From positions 1 to 53,464 of the forward strand of contig CAJVWV010000002.1 of NCBI GenBank assembly GCA_913009695.1: DNA of 53,464 bases, read 5' to 3'. The notes beneath the pieces were generated by a model, which ran no database searches, had not been told where the DNA came from, and worked only from the letters and a program-made list of their open reading frames with translations. The translations under genes and the position numbers were made by a program. The stretch comes from an uncultured bacterium (GTDB lineage: Bacteria; Patescibacteriota; Patescibacteriia; Patescibacteriales; SZUA-104). This document shows, piece by piece, positions 46,677 through 53,464 of this stretch; position 1 is the stretch's first letter; each line of letters opens with the position of its first letter.

Positions 46677-46958
46677 ATGAGATCTTTAAAAAAACAGAAA
46701 AAAGAAAAAGAAGAAAAGCTTATATTGCCACCAATCTTCAAATCCATGCACATTTTTAATGGACCACTAACGCCTCTGGCCGCATACCTTCTTTCTGACG
46801 AAAAAGTAAAACTGCTGGTAGGCTGCGTGAATCCGTTCGACAGGAAAAAATATTGCATAGATGAGGTGCAGCGCCAGAAAGGGCTGGTTGAGATGGGGGC
46901 TATTAACCCATGCCAAGCTACGTGCAATGAATGCCAATTTACAGTGACATACAACTAA
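46677..46958 (+). CDS. Hypothetical Cys-containing protein
   Basis: GGGAG RBS; C-x8-C and C-x3-C-x2-C; 3' end duplicated by the IS insertion. Confidence 0.55.
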   Translation: MRSLKKQKKEKEEKLILPPIFKSMHIFNGPLTPLAAYLLSDEKVKLLVGCVNPFDRKKYCIDEVQRQKGLVEMGAINPCQATCNECQFTVTYN

Positions 46959-46991
46959 CAACGGCAAAAAAACAACAACCGCACTATCCTT
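46897..46991 (+). repeat. 95-bp target-site duplication, left copy
   Basis: Identical to 48627-48721. Confidence 0.92.
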
Positions 46992-48626
46992 CTTGACTTC
47001 AAACTTGGGTCACCCTAAGCAGTTCTGATTGAGTTTCGCTTAGATCAGCAAAAATAGTTTCTAATTTTCCGGATTCAGGTAATGTGACAGTTATTTCGTA
47101 AATAGTATCCAATAATTCAATAGCTTGGGTTACGCTCAAATTATTTTTGTTTATTTCCAATAATCTCTCTAGCTCTTTGTAAATTATATAAGCCACAAAG
47201 GATAAACAAATATGAGCTTCAATTCTTTCTTTTTTGTAATGGAATATCGGTCTGATTCTTAAATCATTCTTTGAGATTCGAAAAGCTTTTTCAATCTTCC
47301 AGAGATTTTTGTAATTTTCAATAACCTCATCATTGCTTAAATTCGTATTGGTAATGTATCCCTTCAGTCCGTCCCATTTTTCATCATCTTTTACTTTGCT
47401 TTCATCAAGTTCAACTTCAACTTTACTTTTTATTTTTAAAAATTTATTATATCCTCGATTATTAATTTGGTCTTTAGTTAATTTTCCGGAACTAATTCTG
47501 ATCTTTAATTTTTTTAAACCTTTCTCTCGATTATACTTATCTTTTTTAGCTCTGCTCTTTGAAAATGAAATAATCAAATTATCCTCGTCTTTATTAACTA
47601 AAACAGTTTCTCCGTTTTTTAAATTCTTGGATTTTTCAATAATTTCTTTCTTTTGTTTTTCTGATACATTTTTAATTCTGGCTCCGAGAATAAATTTATA
47701 TTTCTTTGCTTTTAGTTCTTTAATATTGCCGTCGGACAGCAAGCCTGAATCAGCTACCACAATGGGCTGAGAAAACCCGTATTTGCCCTGTAATCGCTTA
47801 ATTATCGGCAACATGGTTTTACCTTCAAACGTATTTCCCTCAAAAATATCATAGCCGATCGGATAGCCGTTTTCTCCAACCAACAAACCCAACATAATTT
47901 GCGGTTTTTGAAATTTACCATCCTTGCTAAAGCCTATTTTTCTCAAATCATCCTCCTCTTTGGCCTCAAAATATATTGTAGTCATGTCATAGAAAACAAC
48001 CGTGATGTTTTTTAAAATTCTCTTGGTGTAATTATATGATATTTGCTCAATTTTGGTTTTGTATTGTTTATGCAGTCTGTCTAAAAAATTGTAGATGGTT
48101 TGAGATGTGATATCCAGTTCATTATTATTTTTCCAATACTCCGTAGTTTTTAGTTTGCTTGCCGGATTCACAATACGCGAAATTACAAGTTTTTTAAAAA
48201 GTTTTTCTTTGATTTTATTAAATCCGATTGAATCAAATATATTTCCTAAAACTAAATTTGGGCCGACAACTTTTATCTTAATGGAACTGACATCTTGCAG
48301 GGAATGTAAAAATTCAGCATCACTTTTTGTATGTCCAAAATCAAAGGTTGTTTGCGCTTGTAGTTTAGGTATTTCCAGATGCGCCTTATTTACCAAAAAA
48401 TCAATGTTTTTTTCTTCTTTGGCGGTACCCATCGATTTAATCAGCTTATTTTTTCCAGCTATTTTTTGAATTATTTGGATACTAACAGACCCTGATTGAT
48501 TTTTCTTTTTTCGTATAAACATGCCATTATTTTATCATGGGTCACCCGGAAAGAAAAGTAAAATGGCTAATTAAAAAGGTTTTTTTGATTTTTTAAGTAA
48601 AATTTTTAGTGGGGTTTGAAGTCAAG
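46992..48626 (-). mobile_element. IS1634-family insertion sequence (1635 bp)
   Basis: 13-bp terminal inverted repeats CTTGACTTCAAAC / GTTTGAAGTCAAG, flanked by 95-bp direct repeats. Confidence 0.9.
46999..48522 (-). CDS. IS1634-family DDE transposase
   Basis: FYDMTTIYFE, GFSKDGK, VVADSGL, YKNLWKIEKAFRISK, LRIRPIFH. Confidence 0.93.
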   Translation of the reverse strand: MFIRKKKNQSGSVSIQIIQKIAGKNKLIKSMGTAKEEKNIDFLVNKAHLEIPKLQAQTTFDFGHTKSDAEFLHSLQDVSSIKIKVVGPNLVLGNIFDSIGFNKIKEKLFKKLVISRIVNPASKLKTTEYWKNNNELDITSQTIYNFLDRLHKQYKTKIEQISYNYTKRILKNITVVFYDMTTIYFEAKEEDDLRKIGFSKDGKFQKPQIMLGLLVGENGYPIGYDIFEGNTFEGKTMLPIIKRLQGKYGFSQPIVVADSGLLSDGNIKELKAKKYKFILGARIKNVSEKQKKEIIEKSKNLKNGETVLVNKDEDNLIISFSKSRAKKDKYNREKGLKKLKIRISSGKLTKDQINNRGYNKFLKIKSKVEVELDESKVKDDEKWDGLKGYITNTNLSNDEVIENYKNLWKIEKAFRISKNDLRIRPIFHYKKERIEAHICLSFVAYIIYKELERLLEINKNNLSVTQAIELLDTIYEITVTLPESGKLETIFADLSETQSELLRVTQV

Positions 48627-48721
48627 GGGCTATTAACCCATGCCAAGCTACGTGCAATGAATGCCAATTTACAGTGACATACAACTAACAACGGCAAAAA
48701 AACAACAACCGCACTATCCTT
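48627..48721 (+). repeat. 95-bp target-site duplication, right copy
   Basis: Identical to 46897-46991; continues into the intact hairpin accgcactatcc-ttcg-ggataatgcggt. Confidence 0.92.
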
Positions 48722-48750
48722 CGGGATAATGCGGTCTTTTTTTATAAAAA

Positions 48751-49053
48751 TTATTCAAAATTACGATCCTGTATGGGTAGTAATAATTCAAAATTATCCC
48801 CTTCTTCTTCTAATACTTTTTTATAAAAATCACAAGTTAAGCAAGTATGAGTTTTTTTTGCAAAACTTCCTTGTACTTCTCCTTCACAAAAAGTTCCAGC
48901 CACTGCCCAGCAAACTCTACCTTGATATTTTCCATGATTAAAATCATCGCCGTCGCCTGAAAGCGATGCCGGACAAACTCCAAGCTTTTCCGTTTTGTCG
49001 CCCCCCTGCTGTCTTCCGCATTTTTTAAATTCCCAGCAATTTTGTTTTTTCAT
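48751..49053 (-). CDS. Small Cys-rich protein with two CW motifs
   Basis: NCWEFKKCGR, CPA, GRVCWAVAGTFC, CLTCDFY; start set at ATG 49053. Confidence 0.8.
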   Translation of the reverse strand: MKKQNCWEFKKCGRQQGGDKTEKLGVCPASLSGDGDDFNHGKYQGRVCWAVAGTFCEGEVQGSFAKKTHTCLTCDFYKKVLEEEGDNFELLLPIQDRNFE

Positions 49054-49123
49054 ATTATTTTCCTTTAAAAAATACCTATTTATATTATGGCAAATACAAT
49101 GAAATAAAAAAAATCCAGTCAAC

Positions 49124-49777
49124 CTAAATTCCCTCTGCCCTAAATATTATTCTTGGCGTACGAAGAATTATTTTAATATCATTAAGCACTACGCGCCACG
49201 AAGAATTATTAATAATATAATTAATATACTCGGTTTCAATTTTTATATGGCTTTCTTTAGACAAGCCCTTTGAGGCTTGGGCGCCCCCGGTCAATCCCGC
49301 CTTAATAACAGTCTTAGTCGTAACGCCCTGATACAATAGTTTTTTATAAACTTCCGAGTTTACCGGCCTTGGTCCAACCATGCTCATATCGCCTTTTAAC
49401 ACATTAAATAATTGCGGCAGCTCATCTAAATAAATTTTCTGTATTATGTTGCCTATTAGCGTCAAGCTCTTATGGTCATGCTCCAAAATTTTTGTATGAA
49501 TAAACAAATTTTTATTTTTCATTTTGGTTATCACTCTTGGCTTAAAAATATTAAATTTAATAAAATTAAAAAGTTCGCCCTGGGAAACTCTTTTTTCAAC
49601 GTAAAGCAGCGGGGCGAATATTTTTCCACGTAAAACATGTTCTATAAAAATCGTAACTGAAAATAATACAAATACCGGCGAAAATATCATTAACAAAAAT
49701 AAAGAAAAAATTATATCAAATAATCTTTTTAATTTTGGAATGGGAATCTTTTTATTTAAACTATTATTTTCTTGCAT
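49124..49777 (-). CDS. Bacterial sugar transferase (monotopic phosphoglycosyl transferase)
   Basis: KRLFDI, LDELPQLFNVLKGDMSMVGPRP, GLTG. Confidence 0.9.
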   Translation of the reverse strand: MQENNSLNKKIPIPKLKRLFDIIFSLFLLMIFSPVFVLFSVTIFIEHVLRGKIFAPLLYVEKRVSQGELFNFIKFNIFKPRVITKMKNKNLFIHTKILEHDHKSLTLIGNIIQKIYLDELPQLFNVLKGDMSMVGPRPVNSEVYKKLLYQGVTTKTVIKAGLTGGAQASKGLSKESHIKIETEYINYIINNSSWRVVLNDIKIILRTPRIIFRAEGI

Positions 49778-49782
49778 AAAAT

Positions 49783-50706
49783 TTATTCTGGCTTAACCAC
49801 AATCATTGTCTTTTCTTGCTTTTTTATTAGCTCGTGATAACCGGTTGAATAATCGCGTATAGCGTTATATAAAACGTCTTCAGAATATCGATAACTTTCT
49901 CCTCTTTTTGTTCCTGGATCGTTCGTTATAAATTCTTTTTTCTCTTCGTCATATCCAATAACAACTATCATGTGCCTAACTGGCCCTGGCGGGGTATAAT
50001 ATAAATTATTTAATTTTTGACCGTCCATTGGAAGAATTATAATATTTCCGTTAGCGAGTTCAAAAATAATGTCATTAATATTAATATCTAATTTAACTTT
50101 TGCGTTCTCATATTTAAAATAACCTTGAATAATTCTTTTGACAGTATCTTCAGCCGAAGCATCCCGATATTCACCGAAATTTTCCTTTTGATAATCTGAA
50201 GCGGCTACTATCTCGTTCTTAGCTTTAGCCTGATTTAACTTTTCTCCTCTTGCCCATGAAACCGCCATAAGCGACGCAGCTTCTTCACAGCCGTCCTGAT
50301 GCACCGGATCATTCCATTCGGCGTAAGGCGCTTGCGGCGTAAACGGAACATTGAATAATATATCAAGCATTTCTAATTCATTATTAATTTCTAAAGACTC
50401 GTCGTTGCCCCGTTCTTTTTCTTGTTCTAAATTAAGGCTCTCGCTTTCATCAGTCTGAACCGTATCAACTAATTGTTCATCTATTTTTGTAATATCGCTC
50501 TGTTCATCTTCTTTGAAACTATCAATTTCAATAATAACATTTTCGTTTTCGTTAGCAACAAAAACTCTTTCGCTTATAGACACTAAATAGAATGCCAAGC
50601 TAAGCGATATTAAAAATAAGATAAATATTATTTTTAATTTTAAACTCATAGTTAAATTTATAAAAATAATAAAAACCGCTTTCAAAACGGCCTTTAATAA
50701 TAACAA
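49783..50706 (-). CDS. Membrane-anchored C39-like cysteine peptidase
   Basis: VPFTPQAP, GCEEAAS, HMIVVIGY, ITNDPG; start may be the later ATG (MSLKLK). Confidence 0.8.
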   Translation of the reverse strand: MLLLKAVLKAVFIIFINLTMSLKLKIIFILFLISLSLAFYLVSISERVFVANENENVIIEIDSFKEDEQSDITKIDEQLVDTVQTDESESLNLEQEKERGNDESLEINNELEMLDILFNVPFTPQAPYAEWNDPVHQDGCEEAASLMAVSWARGEKLNQAKAKNEIVAASDYQKENFGEYRDASAEDTVKRIIQGYFKYENAKVKLDININDIIFELANGNIIILPMDGQKLNNLYYTPPGPVRHMIVVIGYDEEKKEFITNDPGTKRGESYRYSEDVLYNAIRDYSTGYHELIKKQEKTMIVVKPE

Positions 50707-50797
50707 TCCATAAAATTATAAACCTAATTTTTCCTTATGCAATATTTTTAGCATTGCCAAGCCATCTATAATTGTCACTAAAATATTAAGATCATGA

Positions 50798-51844
50798 TTA
50801 TAATATTATTAACTCACGCAAAATATAATACATACTTAAAAATATGCTTATGGCGATTATAAACGAGAAAAAACTCACTATGAACGCCTTAAGCCCGTCT
50901 TTTGAAAATAATGATTTAAGATTAGCGTTAAGACCTATCGCCGCCATGGCAATGCTCCATAAGTATGTTAGCGCCGGTTTAAAAATCGGATTTAATATTT
51001 TCGCTAATTCAGGTAAAAAACTGAATGCCACGCCAGCCCCTAAAAATACCCACAAATACCATGGAATATAAAATCTTTTCCTGGCAAAACTGGCAAACAT
51101 CGGAATAAGAAGTAATAATCCGATATATCTTACGGCATTGACTGAAAGAGCTAATGGCATCAAGACATCAACGTTGGCGCCATTAACAGGAATATTGGCA
51201 ACGGCCGCCTTTACAAACCCCGTAAACTGCAAAAGAGCGCCAGCCATTATACTATAATCCAGTCCTGTCATTTTTAATATTGCCGCTAAGAAAGGCAATA
51301 AAACAAACAAACCAATTAAAGCTGAAATAAAAATAGGAATTAAGCTATTTGAAACATCATCGGGTTCGGCGTCAATCGCGTCAGAAGTAATAGCTATAGC
51401 GGAAGCGCCACAAATAGAAGAGCCGGCAGCGATTAAATACATTGTTTTTTCATTAATATTAAGCAATGTAGATAATAAAAATACAGAGGTTAAATAAGCT
51501 ATAAATACAATCAAAACTATAAAAATGAAAGTGGGATTTACAGAAGCAAATTTAATAAAATTTAAATTAACGGCGCCATAAAGAATAACGCCAATAGGTA
51601 TAAATAATAAAGGAGTCAATCTGAAGCCTGAAATAAATTTGTCGTCAAATTTAACAAAAGACCTTAAAACTATACCTATAACTAACGCAACCAATAAAGG
51701 GTCTAATATCGGGGACCCAAAAAACTCTTTAATTAATACGGCAGTTGAGCCGACAACAGCAGCTACCAATATACCTTTCCAATTTTGTTTTAATGTATTA
51801 ATGCTTACCATATTTATTATTTTGAGTTGCTCCTTTTTCCCCAT
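50798..51844 (-). CDS. YeiH/putative sulfate exporter family membrane protein
   Basis: GSSICGASAIA, AMAAIGL, about ten TM segments. Confidence 0.85.
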   Translation of the reverse strand: MGKKEQLKIINMVSINTLKQNWKGILVAAVVGSTAVLIKEFFGSPILDPLLVALVIGIVLRSFVKFDDKFISGFRLTPLLFIPIGVILYGAVNLNFIKFASVNPTFIFIVLIVFIAYLTSVFLLSTLLNINEKTMYLIAAGSSICGASAIAITSDAIDAEPDDVSNSLIPIFISALIGLFVLLPFLAAILKMTGLDYSIMAGALLQFTGFVKAAVANIPVNGANVDVLMPLALSVNAVRYIGLLLLIPMFASFARKRFYIPWYLWVFLGAGVAFSFLPELAKILNPIFKPALTYLWSIAMAAIGLNANLKSLFSKDGLKAFIVSFFSFIIAISIFLSMYYILRELIIL

Positions 51845-51977
51845 AGCCTAGCGTTTTATTTTATTGATTATTGTTTCATGCTACTCCAAAAGTTTCTGAA
51901 TAAAAAAATAATAATTTATGCTTTTATTATAACATATTTTTATATACTTAGATAAATTACCGCGTCACGTAAAAACT

Positions 51978-52373
51978 CTATAAATTTAAAATATTTTTAA
52001 CCTTATTTCCAAATTCATTAATAGACATGTCCGCTTTTACGAAAAAATCTTTCACGCCCAATTCCTTAGCTTTTTCTTTATCGTCGTCAGTGCAAAGATT
52101 AGAACAAACAACAACAGGGGTTTTATCGCCCGCCTCATTTAATTCCTTCATAACCATAAATCCGTCTTTTTTAGGAAGTATTAAATCAAGTAATATTAAA
52201 TCAAATTTTTCTTTAGACATAATTTCTAAAGCATCTTCACCGGTATAGGCAAGCTTTACTTCAAAACCAGATTTTTTTAATTCAACCTCTATGGCCCTAG
52301 ATAATTGCTTCTCGTCCTCCACAATAAGAATTCTTCTTGCCACGCTATGGCGGTGGTTTTTATTTTGTATCAT
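51978..52373 (-). CDS. Stand-alone response regulator receiver
   Basis: ILIVEDE, LLDLILPKKDG, FFVK. Confidence 0.9.
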   Translation of the reverse strand: MIQNKNHRHSVARRILIVEDEKQLSRAIEVELKKSGFEVKLAYTGEDALEIMSKEKFDLILLDLILPKKDGFMVMKELNEAGDKTPVVVCSNLCTDDDKEKAKELGVKDFFVKADMSINEFGNKVKNILNL

Positions 52374-52385
52374 ATCTAAATAATT

Positions 52386-52631
52386 TTAAATATTTTTAAT
52401 TTCTTCTAATTTTTGAATTCTATTAAGCTTTTTAATTCGAACTTCTTCTTTGGCGGCGTTTGACCTGTTTTTAAATCTTTTTGAATAAATTAGCTTAACA
52501 GGTCGCCTGGCGGAAGTGTATTTCGCGCCTAACTTAGAATAGTTATGCTCAACAACCCTTCGTTTTAAATCAGTAGTAATCCCCGTATACAAAGTTTTAT
52601 CAGCGCACTTAAGAATATATAAATAATACAT
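52386..52631 (-). CDS. GIY-YIG nuclease family protein (UPF0213)
   Basis: YILKCADKTLYTGITTDLKRRVVEHN, GAKYT, RPVKL. Confidence 0.9.
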   Translation of the reverse strand: MYYLYILKCADKTLYTGITTDLKRRVVEHNYSKLGAKYTSARRPVKLIYSKRFKNRSNAAKEEVRIKKLNRIQKLEEIKNI

Positions 52632-52709
52632 GAATCAATTAACAATTATTAATTATCCCGCTTTTAGCGGGGTCCCGACTAGGGCGGTGGCAAATTAACA
52701 ATGAATTTA

Positions 52710-53264
52710 TTACTTTACCCTTCTCCTATAAAAGTCGGCTAAAAAGATATTCTTTGTAAAGGATCCTGCCGGAATACCCACTAAAACAATCCACATAACT
52801 AAAAAGATAATGCCTATCAAAAAACTTTTAAGTAATGCCATAATATAATCTCCAAAATTATCAAAAACAGATTTCAATATTTTGAATTCAAATAAAGAAC
52901 CAACAGTTTCCTTGTTCATGAAATTTATGCTTAATATCGGAATTACAAGAATAGCAATAAGGAAATTAACTAATTCTGCTAATCCTGAATCTACCCTGTC
53001 TAGAATAGTAGTAGTTATGCCATATGCGACTAAGAAAGGAATAGATTTTATAAACATCATAAATCCTAACTCTAAATCACTTGAAAATTTAAAGGCAGGC
53101 AACTCTTTAAACTCGCCCCTGCTAAACTCTTTAATAATTCTAACGCCATATCCTCCTAGGGCAAACCAACCAATAATGGGTAATAAAACCCATAAAATAT
53201 TCAACATACCCTTTGGTCGGTTAAAGGGATACTTAAACGCTGTGTTAAAATCTAATGTTTGCAT
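52710..53264 (-). CDS. DUF4013-like membrane protein
   Basis: AFKYPF, PIIGWFALGGY, LPAF and several TM helices. Confidence 0.7.
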   Translation of the reverse strand: MQTLDFNTAFKYPFNRPKGMLNILWVLLPIIGWFALGGYGVRIIKEFSRGEFKELPAFKFSSDLELGFMMFIKSIPFLVAYGITTTILDRVDSGLAELVNFLIAILVIPILSINFMNKETVGSLFEFKILKSVFDNFGDYIMALLKSFLIGIIFLVMWIVLVGIPAGSFTKNIFLADFYRRRVK

Positions 53265-53272
53265 AATTTTTC

Positions 53273-53464
53273 CTTGCCCCTCGTAGCCTTGGCGTAGTGG
53301 GGCTTGCCCCTCGTAGCCTTGGCGTAGTGGGGCTTGTCCCTCGTAGCCTTGGCGTAGTGGGGCTTGTCCCTCGTAGCCTTGGCGTAGTGGGGCTTGTCCC
53401 TCGTAGCCTTGGCGTAGTGGGGCTTGTCCCTCGTAGCCTTGGCGTAGTGGGGCTTGTCCCTCGT
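53273..53464. repeat. Tandem array of a 30-bp imperfect palindrome, at least 6.4 copies, runs off the window
   Basis: cttgYccctcgtagccttggcgtagtgggg head to tail; first two units C, later units T; no spacers. Confidence 0.95.

Noticed and set aside
1161-53286. Numerous antisense ORFs of 60-145 aa in the track
   Set aside because: They lie opposite well-supported genes and show no independent motifs or RBS.
53273-53464. CRISPR array
   Set aside because: Repeats are directly adjacent with no unique spacers, and no cas genes are in the window.

Overview
AT-rich bacterial chromosomal window whose gene style (pilin, large secreted proteins, SD-poor core genes, abundant short palindromes) suggests a Patescibacteria/Parcubacteria-type (CPR) genome; this is inference, not a taxonomic assignment. 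Core content: rarA (partial), uppS, cyclophilin, a CCA-adding enzyme family gene, HypF C-terminal part and hypE, secE-nusG-rplK-rplA, a six-gene dTTP cluster (dCMP deaminase, dcd/dut-like, thyA, folA, a P-loop kinase, tmk-dut fusion), gatB, miaA, miaB, thrS with a compact T-box, dnaE, parB/parA, purE-like/purC, tRNA-Ala(CGC) and tRNA-Leu(CAA). Mobile/accessory content: a frameshifted IS91-family transposase, an intact IS1634-family element with a 95-bp target duplication, MNT-HEPN and AbiEii-type toxin-antitoxin pairs, and a probable island behind tRNA-Leu. Signals not explained by the gene list: (1) several families of short palindromes and 7-bp tandem repeats inserted in frame into at least nine conserved proteins, with non-coding and tandemly amplified copies of the same families; (2) a 94-bp double-hairpin element that splits a pilin gene whose frame is restored by removing it; (3) a consensus promoter driving a 37-aa hydrophobic peptide followed by about 430 nt of strongly paired RNA; (4) a switch-like structured leader in the island; (5) small stand-alone gene cassettes bounded by duplicated promoters or inverted heptamer repeats. 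All calls come from reading the sequence and ORF track; no searches were run.
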